This document shows positions 25,987-39,584 of a stretch of DNA of 64,000 nt, piece after piece. The position numbers were made by a program, and so were the translations under genes. The notes below the pieces were generated by a model that made no database searches, was not told the DNA's origin, and saw only the letters and a program-made list of their open reading frames with translations. Origin of the DNA: Amoebidium appalachense (taxonomy: Eukaryota; Protista; Ichthyosporea). Location: NCBI GenBank assembly GCA_963693365.1, contig CAVNZM010000001.1:1938907-2002906 (forward strand). Reading direction: 5' to 3'. Each line of letters begins with the position of its first letter. Positions within the stretch are counted from its first letter, which is position 1.

Positions 25987-26911
25987 TGTTAATATCTATA
26001 AGTATTTGGGATGTAAGCAGAGACACAGTGGTGCAGTGTGAAAACACCACAGACACACACAACAACAAAACACGGAACGATCGGAGCAGTGTACACAACA
26101 GACATCAATGTTTAGACACGACTGAACTGAATTTATTCTGATCTTCGAATAAATACCTGAAATTCCTCTAAGTCCAATCCATACATGATTTCCGACCAGT
26201 CGGAAATCAGATCCATCTCTAATAGAAACCAATCACTAAGAACCAATTGCTTTCAGAGAGATCCGGTACGCGGAGGCGTACACGATAGGACACAGACACT
26301 AGTTAGGATCAACTCGTGTCATCATCAAGGAAGTTCTAACCTATGACATACTGCAAAGACTCAGACATATCACACTTAACCTTGATGATTGGTTAAAGCC
26401 CGGCAACACATGAAAACTAAAGTGAATTAATGAAGTCTAAACACACATGCTATTCTAAGTGTAGCCTAAGTGTGTTACCGTCCAATGAACACGTATTAAG
26501 TAACACAAATCTACCTAACATATATTAGTAGAAAAGAAATACGATTATACACATGAAGACAAGGAGAGAAAGAAAAGAAAATAAGGAAGGAGAAAGAGGA
26601 AGGAAAAGAGAGCACAGATCAACAAACAAGATAGTAATAGCATAACTATAACCAGAGATATTTATGTACACACGAACATGTACACGTCTCTCCCTGAGTG
26701 GGTGGATCCGTGTACACACATATAAATATTCTAATCGATATTACAATACACGATTAAAGCCGATACAACACGATTACAAGTATACAAGCATATCGGAGAT
26801 CGATGCTACACTTTACATAATAGGAGTGTGGCATTTACACTAAGCATATGAACTGAAACATAACACAAACTGAGAAGATCTTACCATATGTAAATACTAC
26901 GTATTACAACA
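25987..26911 (-). repeat. Solo LTR1
   Basis: 925 bp, TSD CAGAG (25982-25986 and 26912-26916), inserted in the U5 of LTR2. Confidence 0.95.
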
Positions 26912-28605
26912 CAGAGGTGTCATGTTAGTAAAACACGACTAACACATTAATGAGAGGGCAATCGGAGTTGTTCACGAGACATTGAAAGATTTCAAACAAC
27001 AACTGATTCTTTATTGTGCTCTCGGTTCCTTTTGTACTTGCGACTTATCACCTTATCACAACTAAAGAGGGAGAACCAATCGGTTCTATCAGAAGATAGA
27101 AAAACACATTCCGACAGAGCATACGCATTCCAACTTCCGATTAAACTAAAGTTTAGAAACTCTTACTTAAATAAATTAAGTAATTATACATCTAGTCACT
27201 ATTACCTCACATATATATTTATGTTCGTCTCTATAAAGAAACTTATTTAAATACATATATTTCCTAATAGTCGACACTCTCAAAGTGAAGACACTTTGCA
27301 ATAAACCGAATTCCATATATATCTATTGTCCAATCACAACACACATATATTAATAGACAGGAATGCACAGCACGATCTACAGATGTACTCGCTCGCGACT
27401 ATTGGCGAGCCATCCTTTTGAGAACAAAACTAAGCCATTTTGAAATAAAGGAAAGACAACGAGTGTAGCTAGCCAATCACGCTACCTCTCAGATAAACAG
27501 AGGAGAGCAAGCAGAAATAAAATACAATAAGTTCTTATCAGGCAAGAGAGCCAGGTGTGCACAGATCTACAGATATCTGTGCTCACAGAAACAAGGGGGA
27601 GAGAGATACGGGGGGGGGGGGGGGGGGGGGGGAGGGAGAGAGAAAAGAGAAAAGGGAAAGAGCACAAAGAAGGAAAGCAGACACGAATACAAACAAAGCT
27701 AAGACACATACATACTTCAAGGCTCTTGCTGTCATACATGGTGACGTATTCCAACAATTAGAGAGTGAAAACCAGGGTGTGTATACACTAATACTATGCC
27801 CTAGTTAACATATGCAGGCTAGGAGAAGCACGTAAGTATAGAGACAAGAAGCGAGTGCTACAGCTAGTCTGACACCGCACGACTAGTGTAACGTTTACTC
27901 GGACACACAGCCCCGCCCAAGTGACCCAAGTCTGGAATGTACCAGCCTTTTATAGTCCCTTGGTTTCCGCCGGTCCGGAGAGCACTGCTCGCATACATTT
28001 GTAAGGCGACAGCCAATAGGCATGTGGCCCTACTTAAAATAAAGTACATGACATATTCATGAGTACATGAGCTTCTCCTGGGTGATCATAATCTAGCTTC
28101 AAGTTATACTACAGTGGGCATGTGTAAGTCTAGTGCCCAATAAACAACAAACTAATAAACAAATGTAAAACTCAACTTCTAAGTCTTGCCGTTAATCATG
28201 GGAAGATGACAGGGGGCGGGGGGGGAGTGATGCAAATACACGTAGACACACCGGGGGAGGGGGGAGGGGAGGGGGGGGGGGGGGGGGAGACCGAGGAGGA
28301 GTGTGAACGTAGTCGTAGGAATTTAATTTATTATCATAGGTGTCTCCGTAGGTATCAAGCTTATGGTGTAGATTAATTTATTATTTTCTTCGTAATTTAT
28401 TTAATTTAATTTTTTTTGGGAGACTGATTAGTCTATGTCTTTTTACTAAGGGGGTGTTACTAAGATTTTCTGCGATTGGTTTACTTGGCAGGAGGGGGGG
28501 ATCGCGGGTGTGGTGAGGGGGGCTCGAGCCAGGCCGCTTTCTGGGACAATACACACCGGCTATCTTATGGGGGGGGTCCGAATTCGGTCACACGGCCAGG
28601 TGATA

Positions 28606-29041
28606 TTATGTCTCGTTTTATATATACTGACCGCCTCAACCATATTGCCAAATATGGCACTCGCAAATGTATAACACCTAAATACATATTACCTTCCTGT
28701 AGAACTGGTCTTTCTCTAGCTGATGGTATTATTGATCAATTACCACGCTTTCACTGTACACGTGCTATACAGTGGAGATCTAATAAGTATAAGGTGGCAT
28801 CATTTGCATGCCCAAACAACACACACACACCCCAGTTTAACCGGTCATGTATCGCCAAATGTAGTTTGATAGACCACATAATACCACAACACGCACACGT
28901 CACATTCACAACAGACACCCAGAAAGATAGCCTACCTGTAAATTACAACATCCTTGATTTTATACTAAACACGCGTAACTACGACCTGTTTATTAGATGT
29001 ATTGATTGGCTTGAGAAACACATCACTACAAAATTATAGCG

Positions 29042-29120
<79 letters not shown>

Positions 29121-29409
29121 CCAGCTGATACCGAGTGTCCCAGGGGAGCCCCTTAAAAAAAAAAATAATAATAAAAAAAATAAAAATAAAAAAAAATAAA
29201 AAAAAAAAAACGGGGAACCCCAACTAATTGATTTCTCCTTGTAGTCTTTATGGTGTCTCGTAGAGAAAGTAAACCCTGATATATAGTCATCACCCGACAT
29301 TGTCTATGTACGTGTTCATGATATACCACTGAGGGGATATTCCGAGCAAAACCCCCCCCCATACCTGAGACTGGTTTCTCTTTGCCTCGAGTAAACAGCG
29401 TAAACCCCC
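28606..29409 (+). mobile_element. LINE-A 3' fragment
   Basis: ORF2 C-terminus, (CA)n, A-run and 3' UTR ending TAAACCCCC. Confidence 0.93.
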
Positions 29410-29930
29410 ACGTGATATATGGAATCTAAAATGATACGAGAGCCTTCTGACAACAAGAAAAATAAGGCATAAACATCTTTATGAAATTTAAAAAAAATAT
29501 GCTAAAGGCTAATTATATTTTCTTCGTCATTTATTTCCCCCTCTTAAGTGCATGGTTGCACTAGAGTGGTTGCAAATTCCTTTCATTTCTGTGTCTTAGC
29601 TAATAGACAGCGTGATCCTATAGTGGCTGGCTCAGTTGAGAAGAGAAGCCGGCTGCTGAGCCGGCTCGTCAGCTGAGCTTTAAACCAACCAGCATTTGAG
29701 ACAAGATCGAGGTTGATCCGATCGAGGATTCCAAATTGCCCTGGCGTAGCTATACCTAAGAAAATGTTGAACCTATCAAGCGATCGAGGGAGTGACGTCA
29801 TTCTGGCTGAACCTTAAATCAACCAGCGCATCTCCCATTTTAGACAAGATCGAGGTTGATCCGATCGAGGATTCCAAATTGCCCTGGCGTCACCTAAGAA
29901 ATTATCGATTGGCTTAAAGATGGTTTAAAG

Positions 29931-31295
29931 ATGATTTGGCTGTCAAGATTTATATATGCCGAAAATGATGACCCTATTAATAACTTTCCGTCTGCACTTC
30001 TCTATGGTGATGATCTGTCCCTCCTTGCTCGTACCCCTGATAGCCTGCAAAGATTGTTCGATATAGTGTCAGAGTGGTGCAAGGCAAACCTTATGATCCT
30101 TAACATAGACAAATGTGGTGTTCTCGTACCTGATAGCTAACAATTTACACATATTTACATTATAATTACATAGCACATTCATCTAAACCTGTACCTATAG
30201 TTTCAGAATCCAAATATCTTGGTGTTCCGGTTAATTCTGTTGGTGTTATGCTTTCCCATATGGTTGAAAAGAGGGTAGAGCTGGCTCGTAAGCGGTTAGC
30301 TTTCTTCTCGGCTAATATTTTTAAAGACACAGCCCTCCATCCTTCTATTCGACTAACAGTTATTCACACTTTTGTCTTCCCGGCATGTGAATATCATTTA
30401 CCCCTTCTCGCCGCCTGGATCAAGAAAGAGAGAACTAGAATGCTTAAACCCTTGGCAAATTTCATTGAAGTAGAAGTTGCCTCCTTTATATCTAACAACT
30501 GTTGTAAACCTGGGCCTGTAATGCTCTCGATATATGGTCTGGTCCGAGTAGCTGCTAGAGTATCCCATCTCGCGCTGAAATTCAATAAGCACATAATCCG
30601 CTTAAAGAATTATTTGCCCTCCCACCCTCTCTTCTCTATCCGACCTGTCCCCTCCCCACCTCTCCCCTCTTTCCTTTCCTCCCTCTCTCTCCTTCTTCCC
30701 AGGCACGAATACAAGTAAACCCCGCAAAAGTGTGCGTGTGACTTTGGACTGCCACTTACTTATTAAACCTGTACATAACAACAAAATACTTACACAATAT
30801 AACAAATGGAAAAAGATACCACACGACACTAGACCCGATGAAAGCATACACCTTGGAAAACTAAGCCTTATGTCTCGTTTTATATATAATGACTGCCTTA
30901 GCCATATTGCCAAATATGGCACTCGCAAATGTGCAACACCTAAATACATATTACCTTCCTGTAAAATTGGTCTCTCTCTAGTGACTACTTACTCACTTAC
31001 CACGCTTTTACTGTACACGTGCTATACAGCGGAGACCTAATAAGTATAGTAAGGTGGCATCGTTTGCATGCCCAAACAACACACACACACACCAGTTTAA
31101 ACGGTCATGTATTTCCAAATGTAGTTTGATCATGATAGACCACATAATAGCGCAGCACACACACGACACATTCACAACAGACACCCAGAAAGATAGCCTA
31201 CCTGAAAATTACATCTTTGATTTTATACTAAACACACGTAACTATGACCTGTTTATTAAATGGATTGGCTTGAGAAACACATCATTACAAAATTC

Positions 31296-31361
<66 letters not shown>

Positions 31362-31605
31362 CAGCTGATACCGAGTGTCCCAAGGGAGCCCGAAAACAAT
31401 AAAAAGAATTAAAAAAAAACGGGGAACCCAACTAATTAACTTTCTTAGTCTTTATGGTGCTTCATAGAGTAAGAAAACCCTTGATATATATCAACACCCA
31501 ACATCTATGTACTTGATCATGATATACCGCTGAGGGGATATTCCAAGCAAAACCCCCATTCCTGAGACTGGTCTCTCTTTGCCTCGGGTAAACAGGTTAA
31601 ACCCC
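29931..31605 (+). mobile_element. Older, degenerate 5'-truncated LINE-A copy
   Basis: LLYGDD (mutated YADD), several frameshifts, same 3' UTR ending TAAACCCC. Confidence 0.9.
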
Positions 31606-31649
31606 TTAGATATTTGATCTATAGCGTAGTTATATCGTCTTTTCAATGT

Positions 31650-32283
31650 ATTTGTACTTTCGCGCAATACCACGAATACGAATTTGTGTCGTGCCAAACA
31701 CGCCGCAGACCTATATCTCACGAAAAGACGATGGAGGTGATTTTCGAAAAGACCCAATCATATAGCTAGAATTCCCTCTGACCCAGCCCGGCCCGAAAGC
31801 CTAAAAGAAACACGATGTATGTTGACCCACACACATAATTTGACTATTATGCACGTGAAACTGGGCCCACTAACTCATGTTGGATTCAAAGGGTTTTGGA
31901 GCGTGCACACCTATTCAATTGAAAATAATAATGTAGACCTGATCATGGTGTGAGGCACCGCGGGCAGTGGGCTGTACGACTGTACTGTGGATCTCATTCA
32001 AGAGAAAGGTCCGATAGCGCATGCGTCGGAAGAGGTCACGGAAGTTCTCAGGGTGCTTCAGGAATGCCAATGCTTGGTCCAAAAAATCCAGTTTTTGGCT
32101 GGGAGCCTCAAGTTCGCAGCGCAGTGTGAAGCAGTTATCAAAAATAAACTTTCATGTTCTTGGTGTCCACGTGGCCTTTAGGTTGTCATGAACGTCGGAG
32201 TGCATTTTCCCCCCTGGTTTCGTGTTTTTACCCGTAGTACTTGTATAATAGGGATCGCGCGCGCGAAACGTGTCGAATGTCGA

Positions 32284-32290
<7 letters not shown>
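31650..32290 (+). pseudogene. Possible degenerate hAT-like transposase remnant
   Basis: Fragments DDGGDF..EFP and GCT./TVDLIQEK..EVLRVLQECQCLVQKI loosely resemble the hAT TDN and CxxHxLDL regions; weak, judged by eye only. Confidence 0.25.
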
Positions 32291-32381
<91 letters not shown>

Positions 32382-32527
32382 GCTCGTTTCCTCCCCCCCC
32401 CCTCTCCCCCCCCCCCCCCCCCCCCAATATCTCACCCTCCTCTCTGTCTTTCTCTCTCTATCTTTCTCACTCACAAATATAATCTGAGGTATTGGAGAGG
32501 CCCCGGGGAGGGGGGGGGATGGGGGGA

Positions 32528-32569
<42 letters not shown>

Positions 32570-34214
32570 CGGCCAAAACACCGCTAACATCTAATTGACT
32601 CGATGGAGCACATACTTATTCACTGGATGTTGGAGTAAACATAAAGAAGAGGGAGAGCTAAAATTCAGGATCGAAAGTTGTTCCCATTGGAAATGCCCGG
32701 TGTTAATGCATGGGCTGGTCATAGGGGCCGGGGCCGTAAAGGGTGGGGAGGAGGAAGGGTGAGCCTTCCATGGGAACGTGGGGGTCTTCCTAAGAGACCG
32801 ACAACAATTGATTGGGCATATATACAAGCCAAATGATATACTTATGATATCTATATCTATCACGATATATATGGTATATATATATCAGTCACTGAACTTC
32901 TGATATATATATATATATAGTACTGATATATATCAAAATATAGTATATACTGATGATAGTATATAAGATGTATATATGTGTGTGTGTGTATGTGTGTGTG
33001 CGTGTATATCAACTATATACGTGAATCATTGAAGTGAGGAAATGTGAAGAATGATGCGTTGTTAAGGTTTACTTGGTTTGGATTAAAAGACAAACCAAAC
33101 AGGAAACTACTTTGTTAATCATTGTGACACGGGGTTGCCTTTGGGAGGAGGGGGGAGGGGGGGGGGGGGGGGGGGGGAATTTACTAGAACACTTGTACAA
33201 ACTAGATGATGATCGTCGTGCTTCATGATTCCGTATCACTGCATGCAGGAGTAAATAAAGGTAGGAAAGGCTCTGAGGGTGAGCTAACGAACTAAATCAT
33301 TGGAATAGAAAGTCACCCAGATATATGGAAACTTCAGTAACCGCTGAACGTTAGCACACGGGGTTGGCTATATTGGTGCTTTTTTTTGGGGGGGGGGGGG
33401 GGGGAGGGGGGGGAGATGGGGGGAGGGGGGGGGGGGGGGGGGGGGGGGCTGAGGAAACGGGGAAAGAAGGGGGGGGGGGGGGGGGGGGGGGGGGGACGTT
33501 CCTGGGAGAACTGGGGGGAGGGGGCTGTTCAGGGGCCCCGGGGGTGGGAGGCATGGTCCTATGGGAAACGGGGGGGGGGGGGGGGGGGGGGGGTTTCCTG
33601 GGGGAAGGGGGGTGGGGGTAAGGGAGGGGAGGGGGGAGGGGGGCGGAGCTACTAAGACACTGTAATACCTGTGATTTGATCGTGCAAATACATATACCTC
33701 TTTAACAGAAGGAAGGGCAGGAGAGGGCTTCCTATGAGACGGGGAGACCGGGGGAGGGAGAGTGGGGAGGTTTACGAAGATAGTGCTAACAATTGATTCG
33801 ATTGTCGTGCATATTCACATATATCTGGAGTGGTTCAGTGAGGAACTGTTACAAGTTATTGTGCTCGCTCCCGGCCCAGGGGGCAGAGACCGGGGAGTTT
33901 CTGCAAGGCCTCCTTGGTTCAACTTGGGGATTGGGGGGTTGTTGTCTAGCTGGTGTAAGCAGGTTACTGATAGAGAGGGTTTCCTATATATATATTAGCA
34001 TCATGTTGTGGGAAGTCACGAGTGATCCCAATCATTATACAGATTTATGTTAGCCATTTCAGGGGCTTCCCCAGGCCCAGGTGGTGGTAGCCCCCCCCCC
34101 CCCCCCCCCAACCCCCCTCCCCCCAACCCTCTCAGCCAGCAAAGGTTGTTTGTCCCTCCCTTCCCCTCTCCCCCGGCCCGGGAGGAGGGGGGGGGGAGGG
34201 GGGGGGGGGGGGGG

Positions 34215-34245
<31 letters not shown>

Positions 34246-34755
34246 AGGCAGCTGAAACATGACCGTCTTTTTGTGCAGGTCACACTTCGCCGACGTACGA
34301 GTACAAGCGTACAAGAGTAGTGTGATCTGCTGTGCAACAAACAGTTCAACTAAAGCTGCATGGTGGTACTTTCTGAACCAATTCAACGTAATATCTGTTG
34401 TTTCGCCTAGCCAATAGGAAAGTACGACCAACCCCATTGCTGCATTATGTACCGAGTACGATGTGTTGGTATGTCAGCCGCTAGAGTTTATAAAAGGATT
34501 CGACAAATGCAGAGTGGATTAATTCTGTGGAGAGAAAGGTATCGCCGTGGTGGAAAGTTGTGCCACAGACTCAAACACGTGTCTCTGTCATATCTCTGTC
34601 GATGTAGAGAGCCCCATTTACTTGCTGGGGGGCTCTACCTGTCATGGGGAGTGGTGGGTCCCTTCCTCTCGAGTTACTCCGGAACCCCCCCCCCCCCCCC
34701 CCCCCCTTCCCCCCCCCCCCCCCCCTGCCCCTTCCCCCCCCCCCCCCTCCCCCCC

Positions 34756-34798
<43 letters not shown>

Positions 34799-35700
34799 CA
34801 CACACACAAAAAAAAAAACCATCGGTTCAAAATCAAATTCGAACCCTAATTTTTTTTGAATGTCTGGCTGCAGTCCATTGCATATCTGACGAGCGGCGAC
34901 CATGTGACGGGACGGTCAGAGTGGTTAATAAGGCCATGCATCCCCCAGTATCCCAGGTTATGTTGTGTACGGCGTGGCATCCATGTTTCCCTCATGATGA
35001 TATACTCAGAAGTATCTTCAATTCAATTTTACCCACTTTCTCTATTTACCCGCAGGCCGTTTGTGCATTATTATTCTTTCCATACATAGACAGAACTTTA
35101 CATCCACCCCCCTCCCCCCCTCCCCCCCCCCCCCATCCCCCTCACGACTGCCCCCCCCTCCCTCCCCCCCCCCCCCCCCCCCCCCCACCGCTCCTCCCTC
35201 CGCCCCACACACACACACACACAGCGACGGGAAACATGGCATGGCAAAATCCGAATCGTGAGGCCATGGTAGGTACCTGAAAAATCAAAAAAGATTAGAT
35301 CATATTAAAGCTATCTCCATGACTTCAAAAATTCAGCCACCCCATACATAAGTAGTAGAATTTGTATGGAAAACCTAGTTCTCGAACCAAGTGGATAGAC
35401 ACGCTAAATTCTTTTCGCTTTAAACTGAGCCAGTCAGTCAATGTCGACTGGCTATAAAGAGTCTGGTGACACGACGACACTTTGCATCCATACATGTCTG
35501 ATTGTGTGTACCTAGAAACAGCGACCCTAAGTGTCCGTACCCCTATTGCTTTGGCAAGCATTCTCACTTGCTGCTTCACTTGCTCGCCCCAGAGTGTGGC
35601 TTGCGCAAGTGTCAATCCTATCATGGTTTTGTCAACACCCCCCCCCCCCCCCCCCCCCCTCCCCCCCCCCCAAAAAAAAAACAAAAAAAAAAACCCAAAC
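32287..35700. repeat. Low-complexity zone: (CT)n, (AT)n/(GT)n and many long poly-G/poly-C tracts
   Basis: Directly visible runs, e.g. 32287-32375, 33388-33645, 34186-34245, 34685-34796. Confidence 0.9.
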
Positions 35701-36677
35701 CCCCAACCTTCCCTTCACAACCGGTTCTCAAAATCAAAGTCCCTATGCTATTGTTAACCTCGGAAATAGCTGCAGGACTGGGAAACAGGAATATTCTTCT
35801 TTTCTTGAGCTGTGGTATTGCTAGCAACCACTCAATGAGAGCCTCGAGGCGCTCCTGATGTGTTTTGGTGGCGATTTTGTTTTGGATGTTTATTTTTCTC
35901 GGCATACGGGCATTGAAGCTCAAAACTTTGCGATGCTTACAGCCTCGGAGACATGATCTATATCACTTTCGTGCATTACCTGAAGAGCCCATATCAAAAA
36001 CCGAAAGTAGATACCGTCTGTCCAGGGGAATCTACATCACTTTAGGGGGGTCACCTTTTAGCTTTCTGGTCAGAGGGGTTACTAGCTATGTGATTGGCGT
36101 GCTGCGCATCAGTCATGTCCAAATCGCTGGCTCGCTTTGCTGGCAGCAAGATACATATCTACCATGATACACCGAAGAAAAAAAGGAAAAGATAAAAAAA
36201 GAAAAGAAAGAAGGGGAGTAGAATAGCCAAAAATTGGGAAGAAAATTGAAGTCCAATATTTGATTTACATAGCTTGACCTGGAAGTCTTGGGATGTGGCC
36301 CATTACTCACCATAAAAGAAACCCCCTTTAACATGCCAACGGCATCTTTTTTGACCTTGTACCGCGGCTGCGGCTGCGGCTACGTCATGTGATGCTTCTA
36401 TTAATAGCATACACGCTGCATCATGCCCCCCCCCCCCCCCCCCCCCCTTCACCCCAATAAAAACATAACAGGTCGTCACAAGAAAGAAAGAACATGCACT
36501 GGGATCACATTCTCGGACGGTTCTTGTTGGCGGACTGCATCTGTGGGGAAGGAGCACACTGACGTCTTTTCGAAGTAAATACTGACGGAATTTTTGGATC
36601 TCCATGATATTATCCTCACAACGCTAACCCGTGGTATCACGGGGTCGTAGCACATCACGGAACGAGGATCAGGCGAG

Positions 36678-37542
36678 CTAATGGCCTGCTGTGTACCGGT
36701 AGCGCAGGAGAGCCGTCTTTGTGATCTCCGATACGACAAGGTCGTGGCTGGACATCCGCTTATTTGGCCGCGGCGGCTGCGCCTCACTGCTTTGGCTGAC
36801 TGCCAGCGTGGCCGGGGCGATACTAGTTGGTGTGTGGGCTGAGGCGGCAGCTGGCACCAAGGGCTTTGTGTACACCACACGGATAACCGTCAGTGGGCTG
36901 TTGCGCAGGGAGTGCACAAAGCTGTACTGTTCAATGTAGCCCTGGGCCGAGTAGAATTTGGTCACATGCGCGTTGCAGGAAGCCTTGAGCATCATCTCCG
37001 TAAGGCTTCCCTGCTGCGCAAGCAACTCCACATGCTTGAGCAAACGGTGACCTCGCCCCTGCTTAGCCCGTGACGGGTGCACGTGCAGGCTCTCCACCTG
37101 TGGGCGGACAGGTCAGTCAAGCCTGGCACTCTCCTGCAAACAGGGACAAACATTATTTCCTTCTGTAGCGTGATGTACTGGTACCTTGAAAGTAATCAAA
37201 AGACGATTGAGTTCTACTAGTCAATATCACATGAGGCAAGGGACACAAATAACATGCACACACACACAAGACACCACACTTACAGACCTCGCCTTGGGGA
37301 AACCCAAGCGACGACCATGTGATAAAACCGCCCAGAGTACCATCCTCCTCCTCCAGCACGTATGCCTCGTTCCGCTGGATAGCGAGGTAGTAGCCCTGCG
37401 GGCGCACCGAAGCGGCCCAGTCGTGCAACTGCTCGGGTGTGTGTACGCCCTGTTCACCGGCCAGAACAAGAATGGCCGCCTTGTGCAGCAAGGCCATAGC
37501 CTCGGTGTCTTCTAGCGTTGCTGCACGGATGTGCCCACTCAT
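36678..37542 (-). CDS. GNAT-family N-acetyltransferase, two exons (37542-37288 and 37097-36678), about 224 aa
   Basis: IRAATLED start, GGFI strand, motif A (SLHVHPSRAKQGRGHRLL) and motif B (ASCNA..FYSAQGY). A phase-0 GT...CTGAC...CAG intron of 190 nt joins GE|VESLHV in frame. Confidence 0.85.
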
Positions 37543-38439
37543 GTTTAGTTGATGTCGACCGTCGTGGGCGTGATATTCACTAAGTGGAGAGGTCGAGCAA
37601 CAATAACTCTTTCAATGTTGGATGTGTATTTTGTTTGGCACGGCGTTCTTGAAACGAACACAAATGTGAATAACCAGGGGCGTCGCGCTCGGCTATATAT
37701 GAGGAAAGGGGGGGTTTTTAGACTTTCAAGAACAAAAAATCATTCCCATTTAGTCGACTCCGCTCAGTTCGTATTGCGAATTCAAAGCGCATTACAAAAG
37801 TATTTGAGTTTTATAAATATGATTGTGAATTTGGCGTTTTCTATGTACATTGATAATCAAATAAATGTAGCCCGAGTTAGCAGACTTTTGCATACTTGTT
37901 TTCGGTTAACTATAGACACCAGGCTGTCGCTGTCTAAGAAACTATAGTCCGACCAATAGAAAACCAGCCACGGCTAGGGGTTGCAACGTTGTACAAAATC
38001 TGAATTCAAGAGCCGTAGCAACCATTTAGGCCCTACAACGATATTTAAATGTGTTCTCATCCAATAATCCTACTTTTTTTATTGTTTTATAAAAGCAATG
38101 TATGTTGTATACCTACTTTTTTTTGTTTAAATTTTTTTTTTTTAAGGTTTTAGATTGGTTTTCAGGAAAAGTGGTCAGATCTAGATAGTCCATTCGGGGT
38201 TTGCAATTCAAGAAGGCGTGCACATGTATAATCCTTTTTTATATAATAACTTTTTCAATACACGTGCTCAAAGAACACGAAAAAGAAGGTATCTCAGATA
38301 TCTCAAAGGTACGTCTTCGTTCAGATGTGGACTAGTCTTGCAGAAAAGGCCACGAAGGCTGCATAGACATGCTTCCGTCATTAGACAAGGCACCGTGAGA
38401 TATCTCGTTTAGATATGCGCGCCGTCTAGCTATAATAAT

Positions 38440-38474
<35 letters not shown>

Positions 38475-38731
38475 TGTGCCGTTTATTAATGGCATGTAGT
38501 ATATATATAGCTGTGATGAGTTGTCGGCACCAAGGCCAACAGTACTTCCACCCAACAATTAATTATTCCTAGATCTTTACATGAGAAAGCCCGAAAATAC
38601 GATGCGCATTAGCGCAGCCAAATATCCCCCGTGACAACCCCGGCTGACGCGCACGTGTGTGTGCGGGTGTGTGTGCTTGTCTGTGTGTGTGTCTGCGTAT
38701 GTGTGTGTGCGTGTATGTTTGCACGCGTGTG

Positions 38732-38770
<39 letters not shown>

Positions 38771-39174
38771 GTGTGTGTGCGTGTGGCCTATAATCGGATG
38801 CGACTTGGTCACTTGGTCATGACTCATAGGTGCCCGAATGTCAGAGACAGGGGGGTTATCTCGTCTGAAAATATTTTCTCAATGATTTTAGGCCAGCAGC
38901 TGAAAACTATTGCACCAATCAGACGTATCCAAAAAGGTCAGCATCATTGGCTGAACTAACTCTCCCACGATCAAGGTTCCTTTCTATTGGATCAAAACTA
39001 AGTGTCTCAGGGTGTGAAATCTTGGTTTTCAGCCCAGCCAATCAAAAGAATTTCACAACCGGCCGTGTTGGCGCGTTGCAACGGTTGAAGGGATCCGGGC
39101 GGGAGAAACTTCGGAAACTTGGGTCAATGGGAGAAGGTAGGGATAGAGAGTGAGAGGGCATGGGGCGGGAAGGT

Positions 39175-39223
<49 letters not shown>

Positions 39224-39534
39224 AGAGGGGGGGAGGAGGAGAGAGATAGAGGGGAGAGCGATTGAAGGTATGTAGACGGAGGGAGGGAGTTGAGCTCGAG
39301 GAGAATGGGAAGGAGGGATTTTAAACGAGGCTCGGAGGGAGAGCAAGGGACTCCTCGGAGATGCAGAAGGGGAGACTCCCTTACATACACAGATAGAAGA
39401 GAGGGGCGGGGGGAGGAAAAGCCCCAGGCCTAGGAGGGATCCGGAGAGAAACTTGAAGAATGCATTAATATTATGATAACTTGAATTCAAATCGATATGC
39501 AGGACCAAGCTTACTATGATCGGGTGCACCCGCG

Positions 39535-39574
<40 letters not shown>

Positions 39575-39584
39575 GACGAGTAGA

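Larger units (their letters stand above)
23464..27756 (-). mobile_element. Copia-B copy 2, 5' half: 5' LTR2 (25947-27756, split by a solo LTR1), PBS, gag-PR-INT
   Basis: LTR TGTTGGAAT...AACAACA, PBS GGTTGAAGGCCCA, ATG at 25828; protein near-identical to that of 4150-5910. Confidence 0.95.

Noticed and set aside
27757-28600. Further LTR or DNA-transposon end fragments
   Set aside because: Only ~75 bp of LTR3 start is recognisable (~28140-28211); boundaries for the rest are unsupported.
32152-35923. Pro-, Gly-, ER- or SL-rich ORFs, including the 277-aa ORF at 34447
   Set aside because: These are translations of homopolymers and microsatellites with no recognisable domain.
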